From Planctomycetota bacterium (GTDB taxonomy: Bacteria > Planctomycetota > SZUA-567 > H5-PLA8), in contig JBBRPR010000001.1 in NCBI GenBank assembly GCA_038227875.1, positions 96,001 through 160,000 on the forward strand: a DNA stretch of 64,000 nucleotides, in the 5' to 3' direction. Made by a program: the position numbers and the translations under genes. Of the stretch, positions 37,910-52,424 are shown in pieces (positions within the stretch are counted from its first letter, which is position 1; each line of letters begins with the position of its first letter). The notes under the pieces were generated by a model that ran no database searches, was not told where the DNA came from, and saw only the letters and a program-made list of their open reading frames with translations.

Positions 37910-39034
37910 GTGCGCAGCATCGCGTTTATTCTCAGTATTACCGTGTCCGCGGCGTTTTGTGCGGACAGCCAGGTCGAAACCAAACATCCCGAAAATGTGC
38001 CGCCCCCTGTCGCTGTTGCACCCGATACCACCGCGACCGCTCCCGCCACCACTTCTGAAGCAGCCGCCGATCCCGATGCCTGCAATGAAGACTTTACCGG
38101 CCGCAACGTCACCGCCGAATTCCGCGACCGCTTCGCCCACATCGATAAATTCTGCACCGAAGACCGCAAGGAAGCGCTGAAGCCGTACAACGTGCTGATC
38201 GTTCACGGGCTGCTGGGCGAAGTCGGCCTGAAGTTCACGGGCTTTCTAAACGTCTTCAGCAAAGACCAGAATTGCATCGACTACTTCAAGGACCAGCGCA
38301 AGGCGGTGGAAGAGTTCGGCATCGAGCCGCAATTTCCCGGCTTCAAGTCGGCCTCCGTCGATCGCAGTGGTTCAAAGATTGTGAAGGCGATTCTGGAATC
38401 CGACAAGCCGGTCGTGATCATCTCGCATAGCAAGGGCGGCATCGATACGCTCGACGCGCTGATCAAGTTGCAGAAGAAAGGCCAATTAAGCAAAGTCGCC
38501 GGCTGGATTTCGATCCAAGGCTGTTTCTACGGTTCACCCGACGCCGACAAACTGGAGAACTCTAAAGTCCGCAAGCAGTTTGTCCACGTCGCGCTGAAAT
38601 GCCTGGGCGCAAATTGGGATTCGCTTCACGATCTGACCACGACCGCCGCCGAAACCTACCACGCGGACCACAAGGATGAGATCGCGACTGTGCTGCAGAC
38701 GGTGCCGACGCTCTGTTTCGCGAGCTGGTCGGAGAAGAAAAGCATCACCTTTAAGACCGACGGCCCCGTGCCGCTGCGCAGCGCCGTCCTGCCCAACACC
38801 GACTACATCGCCAAGTGCGGCGTCACCCACGAAATGACGGTGATCCGCTCGTCGGACAAATACGACCGCCAGACGTTCACCAAAGCGCTGCTGACGATGC
38901 TGGTCGACAAGCTCCCCAAGTCCGGAACCCCCGCCGCGCCGGAAACGCCCGTCACGCCGGCTCCCAAAGAAGGCGGCCAGGCGCAGGAAAGCGTGCCGGA
39001 GGCTGTCCCGGTTTCCGCGACTTTTGGTGACTGA
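37910..39034 (+). CDS. Secreted alpha/beta hydrolase (lipase/esterase-like)
   Basis: LIVHGLLG oxyanion motif, SHSKGG nucleophile elbow, TDGPVP and late His (VTHE). Confidence 0.8.
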   Translation: MRSIAFILSITVSAAFCADSQVETKHPENVPPPVAVAPDTTATAPATTSEAAADPDACNEDFTGRNVTAEFRDRFAHIDKFCTEDRKEALKPYNVLIVHGLLGEVGLKFTGFLNVFSKDQNCIDYFKDQRKAVEEFGIEPQFPGFKSASVDRSGSKIVKAILESDKPVVIISHSKGGIDTLDALIKLQKKGQLSKVAGWISIQGCFYGSPDADKLENSKVRKQFVHVALKCLGANWDSLHDLTTTAAETYHADHKDEIATVLQTVPTLCFASWSEKKSITFKTDGPVPLRSAVLPNTDYIAKCGVTHEMTVIRSSDKYDRQTFTKALLTMLVDKLPKSGTPAAPETPVTPAPKEGGQAQESVPEAVPVSATFGD

Positions 39035-39194
39035 GGAATTTGATTTTGAATTGCTGCCCCAATTAGGAATTCAAAATTAAAATTGATCGTGACGTACGCT
39101 AATTTGCCACATGCCGTTCCGAACGCCTCCGCTATAATTCCGATTCATCTTCTGAGCTTTGCTTCCGTGAGTGGGGAGAGTGGGGGGAATACGC

Positions 39195-40232
39195 ATGCCG
39201 TTTGATGTCGTGACATTTGGTGAGGCGATGATCCGCCTGGCTCCGCAGAACGATCTGCGGCTGGAACAGGCGCGCGGTTTGGAAGTGACCGTCGGCGGCG
39301 GCGAGTTGAACGTAGCCGTCGGCGTTTCGCGGTTGGGGTTCAAGTCGGCGTGGGTCAGCCGCGTGCCGTACAACGCGCTGGGCCGCATGGTCGTCGGCAA
39401 GGCGCGTGAACAAGGCGTCGACGCCACGCACTGCGGATTCGCCAAGGAAGGACGTTGCGGAATTTATTTTCTCGAACAGGGCGCCAGTCCGCGTGCGGCC
39501 GCTGTGCTTTACGACCGCGCCGACAGTTCGATCAGCAAAATCAAACCGGGTGAAGTGGACTGGAGTGCGGCGCTGGACGGTGCGAAGTACTTCCACGTTT
39601 CCGGTATCACCCCCGCACTTTCGGCCAGCGCCGCCGAGACCACTCACGAAGCGCTGACGGCCGCAAAATCCGCCGGCTGCCTGGTCAGCTACGATCTGAA
39701 CTACCGCTCGAAACTCTGGACGCCCGCCGAAGCGCGCGCCTGCCAGGAACCGCTGATGGAGTACGTCGACCTGCTGATCACGACCGAGGAAGACACGCGC
39801 GTCGTCTTCGGCATCGAAGCGCCGAAAGGCAGTGACGAGAATTTCGAGAAAGTCGATGCGGCCGGTTACCGTAGCGTCGCGGAGCAGTTGGCGGAGAAGT
39901 TCGGCTTCAAAGGCGTGGCGATCACGCTGCGGCAGAACAAGTCGGTCTGGTTCAATGATTGGTGGGGCCTATATTACGACGCAGAAGGTAAGAAGTTTTT
40001 CGAGTCGCCGAAGTACAACGTCGAAATCGTCGACCGTGTCGGAGCTGGCGACAGCTTCGCGGCGGGACTGATTTCAGCGCTGCTGATCAAGCCCGACGAT
40101 TACGATCACGCCATCCGCTTCGCCGTCGCGACCAGCGCGCTGAAACATTCGATACCCGGCGACTTCGCGATCATCACGCGCGCGGAAGTCGAGACGTTGA
40201 TGAAGGGCGGCGGGTTGCGCATCTCGCGCTAA
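39195..40232 (+). CDS. kdgK: PfkB sugar kinase, 2-keto-3-deoxygluconate kinase-like
   Basis: VTFGEAMIRL, GGGELNVA, HVSGITPAL, SYDLNYRSKLW, DRVGAGDSF and LKHSIPGD. Confidence 0.88.
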   Translation: MPFDVVTFGEAMIRLAPQNDLRLEQARGLEVTVGGGELNVAVGVSRLGFKSAWVSRVPYNALGRMVVGKAREQGVDATHCGFAKEGRCGIYFLEQGASPRAAAVLYDRADSSISKIKPGEVDWSAALDGAKYFHVSGITPALSASAAETTHEALTAAKSAGCLVSYDLNYRSKLWTPAEARACQEPLMEYVDLLITTEEDTRVVFGIEAPKGSDENFEKVDAAGYRSVAEQLAEKFGFKGVAITLRQNKSVWFNDWWGLYYDAEGKKFFESPKYNVEIVDRVGAGDSFAAGLISALLIKPDDYDHAIRFAVATSALKHSIPGDFAIITRAEVETLMKGGGLRISR

Positions 40233-40248
40233 CGTGATAGGTCAATTT

Positions 40249-40276
40249 GACCCTCGGGTAAATTTACCCGAGGGTC
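40249..40276. repeat. Perfect 28-bp palindrome
   Basis: GACCCTCGGGTAAATTTACCCGAGGGTC equals its own reverse complement. Confidence 0.9.
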
Positions 40277-40282
40277 CGTTTT

Positions 40283-40395
40283 GTAGTCCGGGCGTCTCGC
40301 CCGATCGGTGACGGACGGACGATTCTTGCAAGAGCCGTGACGTCGGTTTCGCAGCGCGCAATTTTCAAGAGGACCGGGCGGGACGCCCGGACTAC
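40283..40395. repeat. GTAG-type REP doublet (REPIN-like)
   Basis: GTAGTCCGGGCGTCTCGCCCG (40283-40303) and inverted CGGGCGGGACGCCCGGACTAC (40375-40395), one mismatch. Confidence 0.75.
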
Positions 40396-40402
40396 GAACC
40401 GC

Positions 40403-41248
40403 ATGGAAGACAAGGAAGCGCAGGCCGAAGAGCTCGTCCGGCAGGGCATTGAGTACCAGGAGCGCCAGAGCTTCAAAGAAGCGCTGTGGAGTTTCTCGCG
40501 CGCGCTGGAAGTGATGCCGGGCTTTCCGCTGGCCTTGTTGCGGCGCGGACATCTGTTGCTTACCGCCGGCAAGACGACGGATGCGATCCACGATTTCACC
40601 GCCGCCATCGACCGCGATCCGACGGACGAACGCGGGTATTCGTACCGCGGGTTGGCGTTTCAGCGCGCCGGCGACGATGAGAACGCCGTCGCCGATTTTA
40701 CATCCGCGATCAGCCTGAAGCCCGACGCCGTGACCTACCAGTGCCGGGGCTGGAGTCTCTCGCGATTGGCGCAGCACACCAAGGCGATGGCCGACATGCA
40801 GGCGGCGATCGTCTTAAAGCCGGAGAACGTCCAGTTCTACCTCGACCGCGCCGCCGTCGCCGACGCTGCCGGCGAAAGCGAAGAAGCGATCGCCGACCTC
40901 ACGCACGCCGTGGAGATGGAACCGGAGAACATCAAGGCGTTGGAAGCGCGCGGCCTGCTTTACATGGAAGGCGCGAATTTCAACATGGCCGAGCGCGACT
41001 TCACCAAGATCACCGAACTGAATGCCAAGTACGCCGATGCCTACTACCTGCGCGGCGAAAACTTTTTCAAGCAGACGATGTACGACGACGCCGAGACCGA
41101 TTTCACGCTTGCGATCTCGCTCAAGCCCGACTTCCGCTACTTCTACGAAGCCCGCGCCCGCGCCTACGATCAGCTCCAGCAACCGCAACTCGCCGCCGCC
41201 GACCGCGCCCGCGCCGAGAAACTCCCGCACCCCGTGAACCTGGCGTAA
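40403..41248 (+). CDS. Tetratricopeptide repeat protein
   Basis: Repeated A..DFT.AI.L.P and Y..RG TPR pattern throughout. Confidence 0.92.
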   Translation: MEDKEAQAEELVRQGIEYQERQSFKEALWSFSRALEVMPGFPLALLRRGHLLLTAGKTTDAIHDFTAAIDRDPTDERGYSYRGLAFQRAGDDENAVADFTSAISLKPDAVTYQCRGWSLSRLAQHTKAMADMQAAIVLKPENVQFYLDRAAVADAAGESEEAIADLTHAVEMEPENIKALEARGLLYMEGANFNMAERDFTKITELNAKYADAYYLRGENFFKQTMYDDAETDFTLAISLKPDFRYFYEARARAYDQLQQPQLAAADRARAEKLPHPVNLA

Positions 41249-41258
41249 CGAAGATGGA

Positions 41259-41286
41259 GTGCTTAGGGACAGCTGTCCCTAAGCAC
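41259..41286. repeat. Perfect 28-bp palindrome
   Basis: GTGCTTAGGGACAGCTGTCCCTAAGCAC equals its own reverse complement. Confidence 0.9.
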
Positions 41287-41339
41287 CTTGTCACAAAGTT
41301 GCAACAGGGTGTTTGCTTTTGAACATCGGATAAATTTAT

Positions 41340-41395
41340 GCCGACGTATCCGAATCCGTAAGCCGCTCTTTGCGACTTCGCGGCTTTGAGTGAGA
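41340..41395. repeat. Single arm of the nonamer-ended element also at 49861-50026
   Basis: TTTGCGACTTCGCGGCTTTGAGTGAGA differs at 2 positions from the reverse complement of 49865-49891; inner GCCGACGT and AAGCCG are also shared. Confidence 0.7.
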
Positions 41396-41402
41396 TAAAA
41401 AA

Positions 41403-43388
41403 CTATTCCCCCGCCGCAACCGCTCCCGCCGGGAACGTCCAGTTCTTCGCGTATTTCGGATCGCGTGCGACGCCGTTCATTGGCGCGGCGAGCATCGCTT
41501 CCTTCTTCTCGAAGAGCGGGCTCTTCTCGCAGGCGTCGCAGATGAAACACGGCGTCTCGTTGTTCGGGTCGGTGTCGGTGCAGGTCAACGTCACGCGGCC
41601 CTGCTCGGCGCGCTTGAGCTCCCGCTTCAAAAACGCTTCGCTGACGGTGTCGTTGACGATCACCCACGGCAGAATTTCGTTCAAGCCGCGCTCGCGCAGC
41701 CCGAACCAGTCGGCGTCCATCTTGTAATGTTCGAACGCCGCCATCCACACGTCCAGCTTCAGATGTTCATCCCACGCGTCGAAGCGCGCGCCGTTGTGCC
41801 AGGCGTGTTCGATGATCTTGCCGATGCGCCGGTCGCCTCGGGAGAGGATGCCTTCGAGGTAGCTCGTCTCCGGATCGTGAACTTTTACTTTCACCGTTTT
41901 CACGTGCGAACTGTCGCGAATCACGTTCTGGCGGCGCTTCCATTCGTCGCGCGAGAGCATCGGCGCCCACTGAAACGGTGTGCCGCACTTCGGTACGAAA
42001 CTCGAAACACTGGCCGAAACTTTCGCGGAACGTTTGCCGAGCTTCGTGCGCTCCATGGCGATCGTGTCCGACAAGCGGCCGATGGCCTTCAGGTCCTCGT
42101 CGGTTTCGCCGGGCAGGCCGAGCATGAAGTAGAGTTTCACGTGATCGTAGCCGGCCTTGAACGCTTCACGGCAACCGGCGATCAGGTGGTCGTCGCGGAC
42201 GGGCTTGTTGATGATGTTGCGCAGCCGTTCGCTCGCGGCTTCCGGCGCGATGGTCAGACCGCCCTTGCGCACGCGGCTCATTTCCTTGGGCAGCGTGGCA
42301 AGCACGGTGCCGATGCGCAGGCTCGGCAGCGAGACGCCGACGCCGCGGTCCTCGAAATAATCGTTCAATTGCCGCGCGAGATCCGTGATGCCGAAGTAGT
42401 CGCTCGACGACAGCGAAAGCAGCCCGATTTCGTCGTAGCCGGTCTCTTCGAATCCGGCCTTGGCCAGTTCCATGACCGTTTCCGGCGAGCGCTGGCGCTG
42501 CGTGCGCGTGATCATCCCGGCCTGACAGAACCGGCAGCCGTTGACGCAGCCGCGCATGATCTCGATGGCGAAGCGCTCGTGGACGCTCTGCACCCACGGC
42601 ACGATCTGTTTGGTCGGAAACGGCGCCTTGTCGAAGTCGACGACGGTGCGGCGCTTCACTGGAAATGGCAACCGATTCTTGAGCGGGATGACGTCGGCGA
42701 TAGTGTTGTCCGGAAAATATTCGAAGCGATAGAAGCGCGGCACGTAGACGCCGGGAACTTCGCGCGTGAGGCGCAGCAGTAGCGCGTCGCGGTCCAGGCC
42801 CAGCGCTTTGAGTTCGCCGATCTTGTTCGAGACGTCGATGGCGAGTTCCTCGCCCTCGCCGATGCAGAACGCGTCGATGTAATCGGCGATCGGTTCCGGC
42901 GCAAAAGCGGTGTGCCCGCCCATGATCACGATCGGGTGTTTCATCGTCCTCTCTTCGGCTTTCAGCGGAATGCCGGCGAGATCGAGCATGGTCAGAATGT
43001 TGGTGAAGCCGCCTTCGTACGCGACGGAGAGCGCCAGCACGTCGAACTCGCTGATCGGCGTAAACGTTTCGAGCGAATAGAGCGGCACGCGCTGCTGGCG
43101 CATGCGCTGTTCCATGTCCGGCCACGGCGTGAAGACGCGCTCGCAGACGGTGTCCTCGCGCAGGTTCCAGCAGTGGTAGAGCACTTTCAGACCGAGCGAG
43201 GACATGCCCATTGCGTAGGTGTCGGGCATGCCGAGCGCGACTTTGATTTTCACCGAGGCGTGATCTTTGACGACCTGGTTGAGCTCCCCGCCGGTGTACT
43301 GAGCCGGCGTGTCCACGTGCGGCAGAATTTCCGCCTCGACCAGGCGCCGCAACGCACTGCCGCGCAAAGTGATGGGTGTAAAAGGCAT
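41403..43388 (-). CDS. B12-binding-like radical SAM protein (TIGR03960 type)
   Basis: PAQYTGGELN, CERVFTPWPD, EIMRGCVNGCRFCQAG, SLPSLR, APEAASERLR, KLYFMLGLPGET and GARFDAW. Confidence 0.88.
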   Translation of the reverse strand: MPFTPITLRGSALRRLVEAEILPHVDTPAQYTGGELNQVVKDHASVKIKVALGMPDTYAMGMSSLGLKVLYHCWNLREDTVCERVFTPWPDMEQRMRQQRVPLYSLETFTPISEFDVLALSVAYEGGFTNILTMLDLAGIPLKAEERTMKHPIVIMGGHTAFAPEPIADYIDAFCIGEGEELAIDVSNKIGELKALGLDRDALLLRLTREVPGVYVPRFYRFEYFPDNTIADVIPLKNRLPFPVKRRTVVDFDKAPFPTKQIVPWVQSVHERFAIEIMRGCVNGCRFCQAGMITRTQRQRSPETVMELAKAGFEETGYDEIGLLSLSSSDYFGITDLARQLNDYFEDRGVGVSLPSLRIGTVLATLPKEMSRVRKGGLTIAPEAASERLRNIINKPVRDDHLIAGCREAFKAGYDHVKLYFMLGLPGETDEDLKAIGRLSDTIAMERTKLGKRSAKVSASVSSFVPKCGTPFQWAPMLSRDEWKRRQNVIRDSSHVKTVKVKVHDPETSYLEGILSRGDRRIGKIIEHAWHNGARFDAWDEHLKLDVWMAAFEHYKMDADWFGLRERGLNEILPWVIVNDTVSEAFLKRELKRAEQGRVTLTCTDTDPNNETPCFICDACEKSPLFEKKEAMLAAPMNGVARDPKYAKNWTFPAGAVAAGE

Positions 43389-43473
43389 GGCATGACCTCG
43401 CTTCAAATTAGGACAAAACTGCTGCGGAGTGTTATACGGGAAGGAGGGGCAATTGACGACGGAGAATTGGAGG

Positions 43474-43824
43474 CTACCGGCCCTCCATTTTCTGCGTGAT
43501 GCGGATCGCCATTTCGGATCCAAATAGCGCCACGTGTGGCGTACAGAACAAGACGGCAGGCGATTCGGTCCTCGTCATATATACAATCAATCCCAATTCC
43601 AAGCTTGCGACCAGGAACAGGGCGAAGAGAAGTAACAATGAGATATGACGCCCGCGTCGCAACGAGTTGCCAGCGATGATACTCAAGTTCAAACCGGCCG
43701 TCATAATTGTAAACGAAACGAACGCGGCCATTCCAAGTGCATAGCCAGCCAGGCCGATCAGTACAGATCCGGCAACCCCGAGCAGAAAGACATTTAGCGC
43801 CAAATCTGCCTGCTGAGTTCGCAT
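43474..43824 (-). CDS. Small hypothetical membrane protein (lower GC)
   Basis: 116-aa ORF with 3-4 hydrophobic segments filling the gap. Confidence 0.4.
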   Translation of the reverse strand: MRTQQADLALNVFLLGVAGSVLIGLAGYALGMAAFVSFTIMTAGLNLSIIAGNSLRRGRHISLLLLFALFLVASLELGLIVYMTRTESPAVLFCTPHVALFGSEMAIRITQKMEGR

Positions 43825-43889
43825 AGCCGCTCCAGACTGTTATAGTGCGCGAATGTCCAACGCCAGGCAACAGGTTTCATTTACGATTG

Positions 43890-44984
43890 ATGGACAACCT
43901 CACCCACACCTTCATCGGCTGGACCCTCGCCCGCGCTGGCTTTGACCGTTTTGGCCCGTGGGCCACGCCGGTGCTGCTGGTCGCGGCGAATCTTCCCGAC
44001 GCGGAAGTTCCACTGCTCTTCGGCGACAAGGCAATGTACCTCGCGTACCACCGCGGAGTGAGCCACAGTTTTCTCGGCTTCGTGCTCGAGGCACTCGTTG
44101 TGAGCCTCGTCGTCTGCGGGATCGCGTGGGTGCGGCGGAAACGAGAGCCGGAATCGCCGCCGCCGAAATTTCTCGCGGTGATGTTCGTGGCGCTGGTCGG
44201 GCTGCTCTCACATCTGCTGCTCGATTTTCTGAACACGTACGGCGTGCGCCCACTGTTGCCATTCGATGGGCGCTGGTTCTACGGCGACATGCTCTTCATC
44301 GCCGATCCGTGGTCGTGGCTGATTCTCGGTGCAGGATTGTTGATTGGAACGCGCGCCGGCGGAGTCGTGCTGAAGATTATTGGCACGATTCTGGTCCTCG
44401 GGGCCTTCAGCGTGATGGCCTACGGCTTTCGCAACGACGTTGTCTCGCAGCACGTCTTCTTTGCCTGGATCGGACTTGCCGTGCTGGCGTTGGTGGTGAA
44501 TTTCTGGCCGCCGCGCGGCATCACACCCTCTCGCGCCGCGTGGAGCGGTCTCAGCGCGTGGACGCTTTATCTGCTCATGGCGTTCTTCGCCAGCCGCACG
44601 GCGACGGCGCGTGCGATGGAAGTTTACTTACTCAACGCGGCTCCACCGCAACCGATCATCACCAGCAGCGCCAGTTCCGCCCCGGCCGCGCCATGGCGGC
44701 ACACGGTCGTGCTGCAGACGGAGAACGAACTCTTCGTCTACGCCGTCGACGAAATCTCCGGCACCGTGGAATACAAAACCCATCTGCGGCGCAACCTCGA
44801 TTGCGCCGCCAGTCCCGCGCTCCAAAACACACGCGAATACAAAGCCTGGCAATCCTTCGCGCGACATCCCTGTTGCGAATGCAGCGACGGCATTATCACG
44901 CTCTTCGACGGCCGGTATCGTGGGTTCGGCGGCGCCGACTGGACCGCATTTCATCTACCCCAGCCAGGCGAGCGGCCGAACTAA
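43890..44984 (+). CDS. Membrane-bound metal-dependent hydrolase (YdjM family)
   Basis: MDNLTHT, ANLPD, HRGVSHS, SHLLLDFLNTYGVRPLLPF and FIADP. Confidence 0.9.
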   Translation: MDNLTHTFIGWTLARAGFDRFGPWATPVLLVAANLPDAEVPLLFGDKAMYLAYHRGVSHSFLGFVLEALVVSLVVCGIAWVRRKREPESPPPKFLAVMFVALVGLLSHLLLDFLNTYGVRPLLPFDGRWFYGDMLFIADPWSWLILGAGLLIGTRAGGVVLKIIGTILVLGAFSVMAYGFRNDVVSQHVFFAWIGLAVLALVVNFWPPRGITPSRAAWSGLSAWTLYLLMAFFASRTATARAMEVYLLNAAPPQPIITSSASSAPAAPWRHTVVLQTENELFVYAVDEISGTVEYKTHLRRNLDCAASPALQNTREYKAWQSFARHPCCECSDGIITLFDGRYRGFGGADWTAFHLPQPGERPN

Positions 44985-44987
44985 GGG

Positions 44988-49857
<4,870 letters not shown>

Positions 49858-49860
49858 TTT

Positions 49861-50026
49861 CTAGTCTCACGCAAAGCCGCTAAGTCGCAAACGGCTTGCT
49901 GATTTGTATGTAAAAACGTCGGCGTGGCCCTCCGGAAATCTGCTGGAGGGTCAGAGCAATGCCTCTTCTCGTAGAACAAATTCCGTTTGCCTTTCTTTGC
50001 GTCTTTGCGGCTTTGCGTGAGATTAG
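49861..50026. mobile_element. MITE-like element with ~31-bp terminal inverted repeats built from 9-nt units
   Basis: Left arm CTAGTCTCACGCAAAGCCGCTAAGTCGCAAA; right arm TTTGCGTCTTTGCGGCTTTGCGTGAGATTAG; three mismatches. Mobility itself is not shown. Confidence 0.55.
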
Positions 50027-50050
50027 AAGCATTATTTTTGAGAAAAGACT

Positions 50051-50353
50051 ATGCATGCCGAATGCCTATTCGCAAAGCATCCCAACAAGATCCAAGGGAC
50101 TCACCCTCGCGGGTCTCGAGAGATTGTGGTGCCGATCCATAATCTGGACGACACCGGCGCGCCCGAGTTGCGTGAACCGATTCTCGATCTGAAGGGCGAG
50201 CAATGGTACGGCCCGGTGCTCCCACCGCCGGATGAGACACTATTGGTCCGCACACCCGAAGCCGCTCAACAGGAATATGGCAACGTGTGGGGCAACACGA
50301 AGCTGTACACGATCGTGTTCTCGAAAAGCGCGTGGGCGTTTAAGAGCGGGTGA
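50051..50353 (+). CDS. Small hypothetical protein between two repeat elements
   Basis: 100-aa ORF with no recognised motif. Confidence 0.4.
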   Translation: MHAECLFAKHPNKIQGTHPRGSREIVVPIHNLDDTGAPELREPILDLKGEQWYGPVLPPPDETLLVRTPEAAQQEYGNVWGNTKLYTIVFSKSAWAFKSG

Positions 50354-50390
50354 GCGCACTTTCCATCTGGCGCAAAGTCGAAAACGACGT

Positions 50391-50468
50391 CGGGATTCGG
50401 GATTCGGGGATTCGGGATTCGCCGAAAGCGGACGCGCAGCGAATCTCGATTCCCGAATCCCTATCCCG
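50391..50468. repeat. Heptamer (GGGATTC) tandem array with inverted arm
   Basis: CGGGATT CGGGATT CGGGGATT CGGGATT CGC, short spacer, then GCGAATCTCGATTCCCGAATCCCTATCCCG. Confidence 0.85.
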
Positions 50469-50472
50469 CCGT

Positions 50473-50838
50473 TTACGACTTCTTCGGCCCCAGATCTACC
50501 GCGTCCTTCTTATCCCCGCTGGCGACAGGCAGTTTGCTGTCCAGCCATTCGGCCATGCCGCCGCTCAAGTTGACCAGGTTCTTCCAGCCGGCTTTTGAGA
50601 GCGCTGAGCAGGCGTGGACGGAGCGCACGCCGTGTTCGCAGACGATCAGCAGCTTCTTGTCGGGGTCCTTCGGAATCTCGGCGTGGCGGGTCTGGATTTC
50701 CTGGATCGGCAGCAGGTACGCGCCGGCGATGCGGTGCGAGAGGTATTCCGGTTCGGTGCGGACGTCGATGACATAACAACCGCCGGCTTTGATCAGGCCG
50801 GCGGCGGTTTCGGGCGTCACGTTTTCGTAGTCAGGCAT
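50473..50838 (-). CDS. Single-domain rhodanese
   Basis: IDVRTEPEY, HRIAGA, active loop CEHGVRS and NLSGGMAEW. Confidence 0.92.
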   Translation of the reverse strand: MPDYENVTPETAAGLIKAGGCYVIDVRTEPEYLSHRIAGAYLLPIQEIQTRHAEIPKDPDKKLLIVCEHGVRSVHACSALSKAGWKNLVNLSGGMAEWLDSKLPVASGDKKDAVDLGPKKS

Positions 50839-50850
50839 GAATATGTCGAA

Positions 50851-52095
50851 TCAGCGTCCGCCGCCGCCCATTTCGTTCTTCGCGGCTTCCAGCGCCTTGG
50901 CGTCTTCAGCGGATTCCTGATCGGCCGGGTCGCGCGGCGTTTCGGCGTCGGGGTTGGCCTGCTGATGCGCGGCCAGACGCGCGGCCTTGTCTTCGGCTTC
51001 CGGATCGATGCCTTCGTCGAGCAGCAGCTTCTTCACCTTGGCCAGGAATTCCGGATTCGGTTCGTAGCCCAGCGTGCGGATGTCCATCAGATCGCGCCAC
51101 GCGGAGTGGAACTGATCGAGCCCGAAATGCGTGATCGCCAGGTCGTTGTAGACGCGCGGATCGCGCAGACCGCGCTTGTTCATCTTGGTGATCGACTGGT
51201 CGATGTATTCCTTGGCCATCGGCCATTCGGCGCGGCGCATGTATTCCTTGCCGATCATCCACGGCAAATCCCACAGGCGGCTTTCCTTGTCGTGCTCGAT
51301 GGCCTGCTTGTACCAGTTCTGCGCTTCGATGGTGCGGTCCATGCGCGAGTAGCAGCGGCCGATGTTCATGTACGGCTGCGGCAGCGACGAATCGAGGCCG
51401 ATGGTTTCCTTGAAGTATTCCATCGCGTCCAGGTAACGACCCTGTTCGAGCAGCGACAGTCCGAGATTGTTGCGGTAGTCGGGGACGCTGGGGTCCTTGT
51501 CGATGGCGTTGAGGAACTGCGCCTGAGCCTGGCGGTGTTCGCTGCGTCGGAGCAATTCCAGGCCGATGGTGTTGGCGGCCTGCGCGGCGAGCTTTGATGT
51601 TTCGTCGGCGCCGGTTTCGGCTTTCGCCAGGAACTCAACCTTGTTCTTGCGCCACCAGCTCATCCACATGTCGTAATTTTTGTAGCCAAAATTCTGATTG
51701 GTGATCTTCACCAGCGCGCCGTGCGCCGAGAGCATCACGTTGATATGTTCTTTGCGTTCCGGGCGCAGCACGTCGATCAGCGGTTCGACCGCTTCCGGCG
51801 AACCGAGCGCCGCGAGCATTTCGCAGGACGACTGGCGCACATCGGCGTCGGCGTCTTTCAGATTTTTGACGTGGTAGGCGACGGCCTGGGCCAGCTTTTC
51901 GCTCTTGGCTTTCGCGGCCTTCTTGGTCCGTTCCTTGTCGTCTTCCTTGCGGTCCTTGGTGACGATGTTGTGATCGAAGTCGTACTTTTCGCCCTGGTCG
52001 AACACGGGCTTTTCTTCGGCGGCGCAGTGGCTGTAAAGAGACAGCGATGCGAGTGAGAACGAGACGATGCACAGTCCCTTGCGAAGCATCACCAT
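50851..52095 (-). CDS. Secreted HEAT + TPR protein
   Basis: Signal peptide; LKDADADVRQSSCEMLAALG; ALVKITNQNFG...WMSWW; TPRs YRNNLGLSL and PYMNIGRCY. Confidence 0.82.
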   Translation of the reverse strand: MVMLRKGLCIVSFSLASLSLYSHCAAEEKPVFDQGEKYDFDHNIVTKDRKEDDKERTKKAAKAKSEKLAQAVAYHVKNLKDADADVRQSSCEMLAALGSPEAVEPLIDVLRPERKEHINVMLSAHGALVKITNQNFGYKNYDMWMSWWRKNKVEFLAKAETGADETSKLAAQAANTIGLELLRRSEHRQAQAQFLNAIDKDPSVPDYRNNLGLSLLEQGRYLDAMEYFKETIGLDSSLPQPYMNIGRCYSRMDRTIEAQNWYKQAIEHDKESRLWDLPWMIGKEYMRRAEWPMAKEYIDQSITKMNKRGLRDPRVYNDLAITHFGLDQFHSAWRDLMDIRTLGYEPNPEFLAKVKKLLLDEGIDPEAEDKAARLAAHQQANPDAETPRDPADQESAEDAKALEAAKNEMGGGGR

Positions 52096-52424
52096 GGAAA
52101 TGAAACCTCCCTTATACTCTTTGCCTACACGCGTCTAGATGTACGAAGAAAGCGGCATGATACACCCGATTTGGAGCGTCACAAGAGTGAAGGTTCCACA
52201 AAAAACACCCGTGCAGACGGTTGTGCACAATGATGGAATCGAAGAGCAATGTGTGGGTTCACCTGCATTAGTCGCGCAGGCCCGGTAGAAGATTACAAAG
52301 AAAGTGGTCAATCATTTCAAGCCTGATCGTCAACCCTCCCTTCGTGACTCCGGTTACGAAGGGAGAATCCAACCCACGGCCGCTGGCGATCCGTGCAGTT
52401 GCAAGGGTTACCCGAGGTGATCCA

